Source: Octopus vulgaris (Eukaryota). From it: a stretch of 64,000 nucleotides of DNA. The stretch covers positions 76,632,001 through 76,696,000 of the forward strand of contig OX597818.1 in assembly GCA_951406725.2 (NCBI GenBank). Reading direction: 5' to 3'. The translations under genes were made by a program, and so were the position numbers. This document shows, piece after piece, positions 39,301-53,031 of this stretch (position 1 is the first letter of the stretch; each line of letters opens with the position of its first letter). Below the pieces are notes generated by a model. The model was not told the DNA's origin, did no database searches, and saw nothing but the letters and a program-made list of their open reading frames with translations.

Positions 39301-40204
39301 ATATATATATTCCTAGGTCTACCCTTGATTATTCCCACTCTCTTTTCTGAAATGTGAGTAGCAATGTAACTCCTCAACAGCAAGAAATCTCTTCTGCTTT
39401 GGCTTCTTCTCTCATACTTTAACCCTTCATCTCCCAGCATAAAGCTGTCCCTCTTTCAGCATTCATAGTCTTGCAAGCAGTATGGCAACCTGAAAGAAGC
39501 CTGTCATATGTGCATGCAGGCTAGTTTGTAAAGAAAGGATATGGTCATACAGATAATGTTCATTTGCAATCATTCATGAAAACATGTCTGGCCATTGTGC
39601 TGTTTGTGTTCAAAGGACTAGAAGAAATGTTGCTTCATTTGGAAATAGGCATGGGTTGGTGACAAGAAAAGCAGCCATCCTCAACATAAAAAATGTAGAA
39701 ATTGAAGCAATGATAATGATGATATAGTTGTTATTAACACTTTAAATTAATCTATAATTTTTCTCAAAAGTCTTGTTAAAAGTCTATTTATATTTATTAT
39801 CATTGTTATTATTGTAAAACATTAGTTTAGGATAGGCATGTTAATTGTATAATTACATTAAATTTGCCAAAGAAAATAACTAAATTGGACCAATTGCATA
39901 AATGTAGTTAATCCAGGTGTCGGCATAATGTATAATGTACTTTATCTCCATTTGTTAAAATATTTTTGAGGCATTTGTTATCACCACCATCCTAAATTGT
40001 ATAAATTTGTGCCATTAACCAGTTTGAGTGATTTCCCTTAGCTTACTTATTGTAATTATGCAAATTATACTGGAGAAAAAAGACTTTGTAAGTTTGTTTT
40101 TTCTCTAGTTTTAAACCCTTGTCTACTGCTTGTAGCAAGTTTCAGTAAACTGCTTTGCTGATAAACTCAAAAAAGATTGAAACATGTCCATATCTTTGAT
40201 TCTC

Positions 40205-40592
40205 TCTTTTACTTGTTTCAGTCATTTGACTGCGGCCATGCTGGAGCACCGCCTTTTAGTCGAACAAATCGACCCCGGGACTTATTCTTTGTAAGCCCAG
40301 TACTTATTCTATCGGTCACTTTTGCCGAACTGCTAAGTGACGGGGGCGTAAACACACCAGCATCGGTTGTCAAGCAATGCTAGGGGGACAAAGAGAGACA
40401 CATACACACATATATATATATACATATATACGACAGGCTTCTTTCAGTTTCCGTCTACCAAATCCACTCACAAGGCATTGGTCGGCCCGGGGCTATAGCA
40501 GAAGACACTTGCCCAAGATGCCGCGCAGTGGGACTGAACCCGGAACCATGTGGTTGGTTAGCAAGCTACTTACCATACAGCCACTCCTGCAC
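40205..40592 (-). mobile_element. SINE family A, best-preserved full-length copy
   Basis: CpG-rich; minus-strand head ggtgcaggagtggctgtatggtaagtagc (A box)...ccgggttcagtccc (B box); tail gcatggccgcagtcaaatgactgaaacaagtaaaagag. Confidence 0.9.
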
Positions 40593-41379
40593 CTTTTTTT
40601 TTGCTACCAAAGATCAAGTACTCTACCAAAACATCAAAATCCTGTTTCCTGTTAGCCAACTCATAGATTCTTCAAGTTATCTCCTTTGTTTGTTTTCTTG
40701 AAGAGTTACTAAGAATTGACACTCTTTCTGCTAAATAAGAAATTCCAAGTCAGTCAGTGGGTTCTTTTAGTTTCCATCTGTCAAAATTCACTTACAAGGT
40801 TTTGGTCAGCTCAGGGCTATATAGCAAAAGAGATATAGTGGAAGTGAATTCAAAATCACATGATTCAGAAGCAAACTTCTTTACCATACAGCCATGCCTG
40901 CATCTAGTAGTAGTAGTAGTAATTTCAAATTTTGGCACAATGCCGGCAATTTTGGGAGAGTGAGGTCAAATCGATTAAATTAACCCTAGTACTCAATTGG
41001 TACTTATTTCATCGACCCTGAAAGGGTGAAAGGCAAAGTTGACTTAGGAGGAATTTGAACTCAAAACATAAGGATAGACAGAATGCTGCTAAGGAATTTG
41101 TCCAGTGTGTTAATAATCTTACCAGCTCACCATCTTCTTGATGATGATGATGATATATAAATATCACTTACCTTTTACTTGTTTTAGTCATTAAACTGCA
41201 ACTATTCTGGAGCACTGCCTTCAGGAAATTTAGTCAAACTAAACAACTCCACTACTTATTTTCTTTTTAAGCCTGGTACATATTCTATTGGTCGCTTTTG
41301 CCAATCTGCTAAGTTGAGGGGACATAAACACACCATCACTGGTTGTCAAGCGGTGATGGGCAACAAACACAAAGACATA

Positions 41380-41437
<58 letters not shown>

Positions 41438-41439
41438 GA

Positions 41440-41878
41440 ATAAATCAAAATTGCTGATTTGACTGATGACAGTACTGCCTGATTGGCACTCGTGCCAGTG
41501 GAATGTTAGAAGCACATCCAAACTTGATCGTTGCCAGAACCACGGATTGGCTCCCGTGCCAGTAACATGTAAAAATCACCATTCAAGCGTGATCATTGCC
41601 TTACTGGCACATGTAAAACAACATTTGAGAGTGGTGGTTGTTGCCAGTGCTGCCGGACTGGCTCCCGTGCAGGTAGCATGTAAAAAACACATTTCGAGCA
41701 TGGTCGTTTGCTAGAATCACTTGACTGGTCCTCGTGCCAGTGGCATATAAAAGCATCCAGCTGTAGAAACTTTGCCAGATCAGATTGAGCCTGGTACAGC
41801 CTTCTGGCTCACCAGTCCTCAGTCAAACCATCCAATCCATGCCAGCATGGAAAGCGGACATTAAACGACGATGATGAT
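41440..41878 (+). repeat. RTE 3' UTR with ~5 tandem hairpin units and (GAT)n tail
   Basis: Same unit and tail as 1255-1681. Confidence 0.75.
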
Positions 41879-41889
41879 ATGTGTATATA

Positions 41890-42013
41890 TAGGGAGAGTT
41901 TACGAAAAAAACAAAAGATGAAGACAGGTGGTGTACAAAACAAACAGATGTATTAGTATAACTCTCAGGAATAGAAAAAGTCTTTTACATTTCGAGCCTG
42001 TGCTCTTCTACAT
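41890..42013 (-). mobile_element. Penelope-like pLTR fragment with A6U hammerhead-like motif
   Basis: Minus strand: (a)TGTAGA a gagc acag gctc GAAA t GTA aaag, homologous to 5820-5965. Confidence 0.55.
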
Positions 42014-44298
42014 AGTTCTGGTGTTACATGACAATAACATCTTCCATGGTACAAGAATCATATTTTTGAAGAATCACTTTGGAAAAAACCTTCAGCTTTT
42101 TCCATAACCTCTTGATTCTGTTCCTTTAAGGTTTTTGCCTACATCTAGGAAAGCCTTTAGATTACATCTAAAAAATGCATTATCTGCACCTTTCTTGCCT
42201 CTAATCCACCTGAATCTTGTAACCATGACACAAAAAAACTTTTGGTTTATTAAGGATCATTAATATGTTAGATCAGACATATTAGATAGATTGGATTTTA
42301 TTTCCTTTCTTTGTAGTCTTTGTAAGGAAATACAAGAAAATTTAGATAAGATATGAAATGGTACCAGACGTGCTTGTATTTTTTAACATAATGGCTACAT
42401 TACTAGTAGCCAGTATATCTTAAATGAAATATAATTCACATCTTTGCTTTTGATTGTAAATTTTCAAATGTAAAAGGATATTTTCTTTTCATGTATTCAG
42501 CTGTAGAGAAAATCTGTCAGTTTTCTCCATTACAAATTATTCTTTCTTAACTGTTCAAGAGATATAATATAAACAGGAAGTAACTTTACCATTAACATCC
42601 ATTTTCCAATTAACTTAGATTGAGACAAGTCTGCAGGCTAGCTTGTCTCCATTTGTTTCAATAATGTATCATCTCATTTCTGAAAAGTCACTGATCTCAG
42701 GTCTGCCCTTCTCACTTCTTTCTAAATTATCCTAGACCTACCTTTACCAAATGTACCCTCCACTAACAAACTACATCATATTTACAACCAGCATATACTG
42801 TCTATATTGACACAGTTACCTCTTTTGCTACGTATATTATTTTATGTTCACTGCAGTATTTGTCACTAATGTTATAAAATTCATTAGCCTAACTTCTAAT
42901 TTTCACTCTGCCAGCTTAATTATTGACTTAATTATTCATAACTACTCTCTCATTTAAATCTACTTTAGTTCAATTATTACATCTCTATGGCTATTGTTTT
43001 TTCAACCAATCAGATTTACATATTGCTTTTCCTTATTTTTTGCTGTCTCATGTTTCTTTCACTGTTAGACTTGTTTAAAAGCTTTTAGTCAAACCACTTT
43101 TTTTGATGTTTGAGAAATATCTTATTTGAACTTTCATCAGTTAAATGAAGTCATCTTTTTCTGCCCCAATCTAATTTTCAGTATTTTTTAAAAAACTGTT
43201 CCAGTTCCAAATTTCCAGTTTGGATGGTTGAGTCCTGTTTTACTTAATTCTCTAGTATCAAGTATTTATTTCTGGATAAATAAATGGTGAAGTCAACCTG
43301 TGGGAGGAGTTGAACCTAGAAAGTATAGCCATCAAATATCTGCAACCCAACACAATGTGCAATATCAAACAACACTTCTACCTATCAGATATTGCAAACT
43401 ATTATCATACTTCAACCAGATCACTCTTGTTGTTTCAGTTAAGTGATGACAATTCTATTATAGCCTGTTGTTGTTGTTGAACCCCAGATTGTCCCTGACT
43501 GAGCAGGCTTGTGACCAAAGGCATAACTTAGCATTTTTAAGTTTGTAGGGTGTAATAGGAGGAAGTTTTGGCTGCTACTTCTAGCATATCATGTGACTAC
43601 ACAGACACTCCCTCAATGACTATAGCTTGTTGTTGACAGTTATATAATTTTACACATCTTTATATATACTTGTTTCTTATCTTTAGTTTGTTTCAGTTAT
43701 TGGACTGTGGCAATGCAGGGGCACCACCTTGAAGGGTTTAGTCGAACATATTGAGTCCAGTACTTATGTTTTTAAGCCTAGTACTTATTTTATTATTCTA
43801 TTTTGCTGAACTGCTAAGTTATGAGGGTATAAACAAACCATCACCAGTTGTCAAGTGGTAGTCAGGGACGGACACGTACACAAAGACACACACATGGATA
43901 CATACATATATATATATCCACATACACACAACAGGCTTCTTTCAGTTTCTGTCCACCAAATCTACTCAAGGCTTTGCCTTAAGTGCTACACAGTGGGATT
44001 GAATCTGGAACCATATAGCTGGGAAGCAAACTTCTTACCATTCAGCCATGCCTGCATCTACATCATATATATCTTCATATTTTTATGTCATATATCTTTG
44101 TATTTATATCTTTATTTCATATATCTATATATCTTATATTTTTATGTCGTATATCTTTATATTTTATATCCATTTACATCTTTGTACTATATATTTTTAA
44201 AGCATACATTTGTATGACATATTTTTATATCATGTATCTATGTAAGTTGTATCTTTATATAAAAAATATCTTTGTATAGTATATATTTCTATGTTATA

Positions 44299-44358
44299 TC
44301 TTCTGAATAAATTTTCTGAAAAATATGGTGTGGTCTTTCAGAAGATTTATTCAGAAGA
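44299..44358 (+). other. 23-bp hairpin with 14-nt loop
   Basis: tcttctgaataaattttctgaaa / tttcagaagatttattcagaaga; the single mismatch is a U-G pair on the + strand. Confidence 0.7.
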
Positions 44359-46711
44359 AAACCACTGTGGTAAGCAAAAGTAAAACAGTGTTGACTCCTT
44401 TGTCAACTCCTACATATCTTAAGGTGTCAGCCAACTTGGTTGGCCTCTATATGTTAGAAATAGTAAAATATTTCTCAAATCACATTCTACTTTAGGGAAA
44501 AAAAGGGAGTGTTAATCACGATAACATCACCATTTATTCTGTAACTCTCTAGACAATAACATATTTTACTTAACTGACCACCATGTTTAACATTAATACC
44601 AGGTTCCCTGTGGGAGATGGAAGTGGTGTTCCCTTATCAGAGCATTATATGGACATTTATAGTTAAATATGGATACATTAAACTGTTGAGCTCTTATTAC
44701 TAATCAAATGTTATTTTTCTATCAGATAACTTATCAATATTGAACTGATAGACGATGTTGTTCATCTAAAATCTAACCTTGATCAACAACATTTATGATT
44801 AAAGGCCTTCCACCCATGACTACCTTATTCTAAGATTTGGCTGCTATTTTCAGCAGATTTATTGACCACCTAAAGGCTCTCTTGTTTTAAGATTGGGTTG
44901 TAATTCAATATTGATTCAACTAAAGATGAGCTGTTTAAGTTTGTGAAGCTGCTATAATAAAAGCAGTTGGGAATTAATTTTGTTGATTGTTCAGATTCAA
45001 GTTTGATTAATTTCTACAATTCTGTTTAAACATCAGAGATGCTGTGCCTTAAGCAGAAACTGCAGGAGCTGTCTAACCCTTTTGATGTCAACCCATCTGA
45101 GACTACTTCTAGTTCTAAGACACACACTTTTTATTTTAAAGTGATATAAACTAACATCTTCCATCAAAGTTTCTTGTCAATTTATGTCCCAAACACCAGC
45201 ATAATAATGACAGTTATTTTGCCAAATTCTTCATTATTTTCAAAATTAAATTAAGCAAATCCTATATATTTTAATAGAAATATGATAGCAAAAGGATAAG
45301 ACATTGTTAATACTTCTCTTGATGGTAAATAGAGCTGTCACAATGTTGAAAACGTTTTGTATCTACAGCAGTTATCTCAAGGTCACAAATGTTTCGCTCC
45401 TTAGCACAGAAGTGTCGCCTGAGTGGAGCAAAACAAGCAAAACTGAATTAGCCTTTGCATACAAAAAACTTCCATCTATAGTAACTTCTTACCCACAGCC
45501 ACTGTGAGCTGGTATCATCTGCCATAGCAATGTCTCTTGTGGTTTTGTTCAGTTGTCCAGGTTCCAACCAACCTTTTGCAAAAAAAAAAAAATTGTGCAC
45601 TGATTTTGCTAGGAAACCATGTGACTCAACTTCAGTTGGGGTGTAAGGTTATATGCCATCCTTTGTCTAGAGTCTCATCAATGAAGCTCTGATATTTAGC
45701 TTCCTTCACTTTGTGAGAAATATGAAGTCTGTCCTCCCAGGTTCACTGTGAATTCAGCTACAATGATGATTTTTTTGTATTCCTGGATAGAAGAACCGTG
45801 TTTAGTTGGAGTGATGTTACTGCCATCTCTCAGAGAAAGATGAGTTTTCTTTATCAAAAAAAAAAAATCATCAAAATCCTATTTGAAATATCTCTTTAAT
45901 ACAGAGATAAGGAGTTAATCCCTATGTCTTTACTATTATTTAGAAGGAAGTGGGTTAGAAAAGTGGTAGGGATTAATGTGGTAAATGTTCAGTTTAAAGT
46001 ATTAGAGGTAAAAGTTGCTGTTTGGGGGGTAAAGAAGTAACATTCTTACACTGGAATGATCAAATTCATTTTACTCCACACTTTTAATGTAGGAAATAAA
46101 TATTTTCTGTGAATGCAAGCAAAAAGAAATGGAAGAGACATGATAAGTGGTTAAAATGTTTGACTTTTTCTATTTCAAACTTTATATTGTGTTGAGAAGT
46201 TGCAGTAGCAGCAGTAGTACATTTGTAAGTAAAATACTTTGTTAATTATGTGTAATAGTTGAAAGTATTAGCAAAGTTAGGCACTCAACCATAAACTGTC
46301 TGCTGAAATACACCTGTGATTAATATGCTGGATTCACTGAACCATCAAACCCACATTAACATAGGAAAAAGGGATGTGTATACATGTGTGCATGATGGTT
46401 TTTACTTTTCAAAATTACTAATTATCTATATTTGACCTTATTTTTATGCTTTTTGTATATTTTCAGTGAGATTTTAATGAGTAATAACTAAATTCCTTTT
46501 TTTATTAAAAAAAAGTTATGAAATTATTAAATGTTTCAAGTTTAAATTTCTATTTAGTTCTATTTAAATGTCAGTCGAATGTTTTATCATACAAGACAAA
46601 CAATATTTTGGCATTAAAGAGAGCTATCGTTTATTTATTTTTTTACTTGTTACCTTTTTTTAATTTTAAATTTTGTCCTATAAATATTTAAATGAAATTG
46701 TCTGTTTCCAG

Positions 46712-46735
46712 TTAGAAATTTATGGAAGTAATCAG
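46712..46735 (+). other. Candidate 24-nt microexon (LEIYGSNQ)
   Basis: ttgtctgtttccag | ttagaaatttatggaagtaatcag | gtaatg; next acceptor tttctttctacag 64 nt downstream (46799). Confidence 0.3.
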
Positions 46736-47902
46736 GTAATGCTAGTGTTCTTTCACCATTTGATAATTGGATATATTTTATTAATGTTTCTTTCTACAGT
46801 CTTCTGTGGGAAATGAATTATTCACTCCTTACTTCTACAATGTATTTTTTAATCAGCCATTATTCAATTTCCTATAAGAATGTGAAATATTGTTACATTT
46901 TTTAGTTAGGTTTTCTGTAAGGCTGGCAAGGAAAATATTTGAAATCATATAAAGTAGTAATGGCAAACAGTAAGAGGTGTTGTTGGGGAAATAAAGATTC
47001 TTTTTAGGATATTACACGTACTAAGACAAAAACTGCTAAATGGCTACGGTACTGTGCCTAGTACAGAATGCTATATGTCAGAGTTGATAAGGCAGCAATT
47101 GGCATAGTTGGTAGAACATGGGACAGAATGCCTTATGGTGTTTTGTTCCAACACTTTGTTCTCTGAGTTCAAATCCTGCTAAGATCAACTTCAACTTTCA
47201 TCCTTTTGAAGTTAATAAATGAGTACCAATCTAGGGTGGCGAATGGGTGGAACTGTGACAGGGTCAGGTAAGATGTGTCATGGTATCTCTTTTGGCTCTT
47301 TGTGTTTCAACAGTAGCACCTGCAACAACACTGGTGCTAAACTGTACTGGTATAAGTTGGTAACCTTTCTCTTGGATAATAGTGGAAAGGGGAGACTTAT
47401 ATGCATAGGCCAGTCTCACTCAAAAAGTCTTATCTTGGCTTGTTCATGCATGTACAGACGCATGGTCAAACTTCTATGTTTAATTGGTAAGGTAAAGTGT
47501 TATATGTTATTAAATTTACTGTTGGTGTGGTAACATCTGGTAGTGTACTGTATAGTACTGTCTGTAGTAATGTACTGTCGCCAACATAGTTACTATAAGT
47601 CTCAGCAGTCCAGTTCACTGAACCGTAAATAAATCTCATAGGGAGGTACATTTCTATTGTTGCAAGCAGAGTTAGGTTTATAATGCAATATTGACAAGAC
47701 ACTGTTTAAGATAGTGGTGGTGCTGGTGGTTGATGAAGTTAAGGTGTGAAGAGAAGGTTGTCTATGAGACTAGCGTAATGCTGATGTGATTAGTCATATT
47801 GTAGTTCTGTAGAAGCTGTTCTGCATGATACAAATTAGCTTTGTTTTTGCAACTAATCAATCCTCATTATAATAATAATTATTATTATTATTAGTATTAG
47901 TA

Positions 47903-48118
47903 AGACAGCAAGCTAGCAAAATCATTACTGCACTAGACTAAATGCTTAGCAGCATTTCTTCTGGCTTTATGTGCTGAGTTCAAATGCTGCTGCAATTGAC
48001 TTTGCCTTTCATCCTTTTTAGGATTGATAAAATAAGTACCAGTTGAGCCCTGGGGTTGATGTAATCAACTAACCTTCTCCTCCCAAACTTCAGGCCTTGT
48101 GCCTACTGAAGAAAGGAT
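47903..48118 (+). mobile_element. tRNA-derived SINE, family B
   Basis: gctagcaaaatcatta...gagttcaaatgc...tttgcctttcatcc...gataaaataagtaccagttgagc, flanked by (ATT)n. Confidence 0.75.
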
Positions 48119-48140
48119 TATTATTGTTGTTGTTGTTATT

Positions 48141-48895
48141 CAGTAGTTTTATTTTTTTAGTGTGCTTTCACTCCACTACCGAGTGTAGCTCTGTGTGCCT
48201 TGGGTATGTACTGTGGTTTGCTGTGATGCTCTTATGGTTACTATATTGAAAGTGTTTTGAAAAGTATGTGTGCAGTGTCCAGTAGTGCAATTTTCTGTTT
48301 GTTGTATATATTTGTAAGTCCTGGTGTTTTTGTTCTGTATTTGTTTGAATATTTTTTTATCATACCTAATGCTCCTACTATGATAGGAATTGTTTCTGTT
48401 TTTAGATTCCACATTCTAGTTACCTCTATTTCCAGGTCTTTATATTTTGAAAGTTTCTCCATTACTTTTAGAGAAACATAATCTGCTGGTATTGATACGT
48501 CAATTAGAAAGCATTTTTTTTTCTTCATGATCTCTGACAACTATATCTTGGCCTTAATTTCTCTATCTGTGTGTATTGGCATGTCCCATAGTATGGTTGC
48601 TTTCTCGTTTTCTGTGATCTTTTCTGGCATGTGCTTATACCATCTTTTTTCCATAGTGTTGGCATAGCTTCCAGTGTATGTCAGTCCCAACTTTGTCATG
48701 TCTGTGAATATATTCCTTCTTAGCCAGGACTGGGCAGCCAGAGATAATATGATTTATTGTTTCTTGTCCATCTCCACATATTCTGCAGTTACTTGTTATG
48801 TTTCTTTTCATTATATGTTTTTGGTAATTTCTGGTCTTGTGCTGCAATTAAAAATCCTTCAGTCTCTGCTTTGAGTCCTGAGCTTCTCAACCACA
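48141..48895 (-). mobile_element. R4/Dong-like RLE non-LTR retrotransposon 3' end (CCHC knuckle + restriction-like endonuclease)
   Basis: CRICGDGQETINHIISGCPVLAKKEYIHRHDKVG; KCFLIDVSIP...KLSKYKDLEIEVTRMWNLKTETIPIIVGALGMIKK...TAHILFKTLSI*; frameshifted; flanked by (ATT)n. Confidence 0.88.
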
Positions 48896-48933
48896 GTGCT
48901 TCTACAATCACTGATATTATTTTATTATTATTA

Positions 48934-48986
<53 letters not shown>

Positions 48987-48998
48987 GATGATGATGAT

Positions 48999-49510
48999 GT
49001 TTGGCTTTTGCTTTGTATTTGTACAAGTTGACTCCCAGTCTCATCCAGAGACCTCAAGAGACAAGTTAGAAGTTCAAGTTGGTGTTACAACTAGAGTGCT
49101 ATATTTTTTTGATTTGCATTGAGAGTGTTTGTTCTAGAGAATGTCTGTCAAAACATAAGAAAATTAGAAGTTTGTTTTAAAAGTAATTTGATTTTAAGAT
49201 GATAGCGTGATGTTAAGATGATAATAAAAGGTGTTTGGTATTATGTTCATTTAAAAGTACTTTTGACAAGGTCTACAAATTAAAATGATTTGGAGATTAC
49301 GAAGACAATGTTTTTCATAGGATATGATCAGTTCCCATCAGCACTATTTTTGAATTTCTTCCAATTTTGGATTTCCTGGTGTAGGTAGCAATCAGCCTCT
49401 TTTGCTATCATTCCTCAGGCACCAATGACTACAGGTATTGTTTTAGTCTTGCATTTCGCCAGTTTCTATTTCAAGATCTTTATACTTGATCAGTTTTCGC
49501 TAGGTATTGA
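48999..49510 (-). mobile_element. Second RLE non-LTR 3' end (different subfamily) with 3' UTR
   Basis: Minus strand KLIKYKDLEIE...TIPVVIGA*GMIAK...PGNPKLEEIQK/VLMGTDHIL*KTLSS*, then ~290-bp UTR ending in the (CAT)n(AAT)n tract at 48914-48999. Confidence 0.75.
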
Positions 49511-49810
49511 CAGTAGTGAAAAGAGAAGGCTTTAAGTTTTACATGCAACAAATAATCAACACCTTTAATGTCAAACTGTGTGTGAGAGCACATGTGCATT
49601 CTCTTTATAGTAGAACTGTTGACATTCATTCATCCTTCTATCTATCTTTTAATTATTTAGTTGTGTCTATATCTATCTGTGTCTACCTGCCTATTTACTT
49701 GTCTGTCTGTCTGTCAACTTGTCTACCTTACTCTCTATTTATCTTATACCTCTGCCTGTCTGTCTGCATGTCAACCTATTAATCTATCGGCCTCTCTACC
49801 TATATACCCT

Positions 49811-50019
49811 TTTCTACTCTAGGCTCAAGGTCCAAAATTTTTGTGGAGGGGTCCAGTCGATTAGATCGACCCCAGCATGCAACTGGTACTTAATTTATCA
49901 ACCCTGAAAGGATGAAAGGCAAAGTCGACCTTGGTGGAATTTGAACTCAGAACGTAAAAACAGACGAAATACCACTATGCATTTTGCCCGGCATGCTAAC
50001 GTTCCTGCCAGCTTGCCCC
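49811..50019 (-). mobile_element. SINE family B, well-preserved copy
   Basis: Minus strand gctggcaggaacgttagcatgccgggc...ctgagttcaaattcc...gtcgactttgcctttcatcctttcagggttgataaattaagtaccag (central box resembles conserved Meta/Nin-type SINE domains); other copies at 31532-31745, 36420-36602, 40922-41135 and 50635-51250 (cluster). Confidence 0.8.
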
Positions 50020-52098
50020 TTTTCTCTACCTGTATATCTACCTATCTATCTGTTTTCTATCTATCTATCTAACTTCTGTTTATCTGTCTAGCTATCTACT
50101 TGTCTAGCTACATGCATACCTATCAGCTCTGCTCACTATGACAGAATGTCATTTCAAAAGTCACAAGTCCATATGGTGAAAAGTTCATTTTGATTTAAAA
50201 TGTGCATATTTTGAATTTTAAGAAAAAAGAGAGATTTTGTTAGTTAAATTTAATTGTGAGGTATGTTGTAATTATGAGAAAACTAAGAATGAAGAATCTT
50301 CTCTTGCAGGAATAAGATAGATGTAAATGACTGGACCAAAACAAGTCAAGAACACAAAAACAAACAAAAATCACTGTGTTTACCATATGGTGTATCTGTT
50401 AATTAATAGATGTAATTAATAAAAACTGGGATTTTGGCTTGTAATAACAATAATTTAACACTGTATGTTGGCGGTTTAGAGGTACTAATAGTCTTTGACT
50501 AGTGTGGGAGTGGATACAAGTATGTAGCAAATATGCTAATAATGAAATATTTTTAATGGAATTATAATGAAGTAAATTTATAAATGTATTTTGGGGTTGG
50601 CCATATGTGCATCTACCATATTATTATTATTATATCTGCTGAGGTCGACTTACATCCTTTAGAGATCGATAAAGTAACAGTTGAAAACTGGGGTCAATGT
50701 AATTGACTCATCTCCTGCAAAATTACTGCCGTCGTGGCAAAATTTGAAACCATTATTATTATTATTATTCAGATCACAGGTTGGCAGAATTGGTAGCACA
50801 CTGGTCTAAATGCTTAGCAGCATTTCTTCTGTCTCTTTATGCTCTGAGTTCAAACCCTGCTGAGATCAATTTTGCCTTTTGGGGTCAATAAAATCAACTT
50901 ACCACTCTCTTCAAAATTGTTTGCCTTGTGCAAAACTTACAAAGAATTATTATTAATGTAATTATTTGTTTCTCCTGCAATCAACTCGTCTGCTCCCACC
51001 AAATTTCAGGCCTTATACCTATAGAAGAAAGGATTATTATTACCATTATTATTAGGGTGGTGAAGTGACAGAGAGGCGAAATGCTTAACAGTATTTTGTC
51101 CGTCTGTACATACTGATTCCAAATTTTGCCGAGATCAACTTTGCTTTTCATCTTTTCAGGGTCGATTAAATAAGTACCAGTTAAGCACTTGAGTTGATGT
51201 AATTGATTTCCCCCTCCAAAATTGCTTGCCTTGTACCAAAATTTGAAATTATCATTATTATTATTATTATTATTATCCTATTAGATGCTTTAGAATGCTA
51301 ATATTATTATAAATTTGTTTACTTAGTCTAGACAATGGAAGATCAGTGACCTTCAAGTAAATAAAATCCACCCCCTCCTTCTGATTCATCTCACTATTCA
51401 AGGCAAATATTCTGTACTGCTATTTCCTGTTTATATCAATAAAATAGTTTGTAGTTATTTTGTTTTTTACATCCTCTCTTTATTTAATACAATTTCAACA
51501 CATGTACACATACGTAGACAGAGGCACATATGTACTTACATCTATGTATGTAAATATGTAGAAGGCCTGAACATTTGCATATATTTGTGTTTGTATGTGT
51601 GCATACAGACACACACACACACTGTCTTTATAATACAGGGTAACCATGTATCTCCTCTACAGCAAGATATCTGTGCTGGTTCCTTTATTGCACTTTAGCT
51701 TCTCAACACCTGTCATAAAGCTACCTCCTTCTCTACTGCATTCTCACTTAGTCAAGTTTTTCCCTTTGTCTTGTGAGTTACTTGGTGACCTTATTTCTGC
51801 TGCTGTAATAAGAAAGAAAGCACCCAGTAAATTCTGTGAAGTGTTTGGCATTGGGAAGGCTATCTAGCTTTATAAACCATGCCAAAGCAGACACTGGAGC
51901 TTGATGCAGTCCTCCGGCCCATTGGATCCTGTTAAATCTTCCAACCAGTGGCAGCATGAAAGACTGGCATTAAATGATGGTTATGATGGACACGTGCACA
52001 CACACACCAACAGCAGTACCCAGCCATATTAAAGTGTTTATTAACACTTTAAATATAAACAATCATGAATTCCCTATGTGTTGAGTAAATTGCTTTAA

Positions 52099-52279
52099 CC
52101 CTTTAGCATTTAAACTGGCCATATCCCAGATCTGGCCTCTCACCCCAACCCTACAACATCATTCTAAAAATTAAGTTACCTCATCAAAATCTCAAAGCTA
52201 TAAGATAGTGCTTGATTAATTGAAAACAATGTGAATAAATAAGCATTACTTTTGACAGAATAATGTGAATGGTAAAGGA
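52099..52279. mobile_element. piggyBac-like MITE with TTAA TSDs
   Basis: TTAA ccctttagcatt ... aatggtaaagga TTAA. Confidence 0.7.
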
Positions 52280-52980
52280 TTAAAATGACTCCGACAATCT
52301 TCAGTTGGTTCAAGAATGTTGATTCACACTGAACTGTTGCATCTAAATTTGCCAAAAAGTGGTTCAAGCTTTGTAGAAATTAATGGAATAAAAAATAAAT
52401 ATGGAACCTTGAATAAAATTTTATTCTTATTCCTTGTTTCTGAGGAAACATGATTTTTTTTTTCAAAATACTATATACTAATTTATATTATCACTCTAAA
52501 TGAGCTTTTTTTTTTTCTAATCAGTAAGTTTTCTCGCATCTACTGTAATACTTGGTGGGTATACAATATTCTTAGCTTTCTTTTCATGAGTACAAAATGA
52601 ACAAATATCTGTGTTCACAATTCTAGAAAAAGGGAAATGCAGCCGACCCAGTATGATTTCAATTTTCCTTTTTTAATAAGTTTTGAACAAAAAGTCACAT
52701 GGTCACTGAGGTCATAAAATTCCTGGAAAAACTGAACTAAAAGTTTACTAGTTCAATCCCCACTCTTTTGTATTTTTGGTGTTGTTCTGTCTACTTCAAT
52801 TACAAAGGTCATATTTCAATTTAATTGTTGGGTGACTAATGATGTTTCAGTTATTAAAACAAGAATTATTATTGTAGTAATCTATGTTAATATGTAGTTC
52901 TGCTGACTCATCTAACTAGTGTAAATAACAACTACATTTAAATATAATCAATGTTTCATTTGTTGTTGTTTATGCTTTAG

Positions 52981-53031
52981 TCAGAACAAGAGGAAAAGAG
53001 TGAAGCCTCTAGGACAGACGAGAAGTAAAGA
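52981..53031 (+). other. Candidate short purine-rich exon
   Basis: tttgttgttgtttatgctttag | tcagaacaagaggaaaagagtgaagcc...; reads SEQEEKSEASRTDEK* or xQNKRKRVKPLGQTRSKx (51 nt to a weak gtaact donor). Confidence 0.25.
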
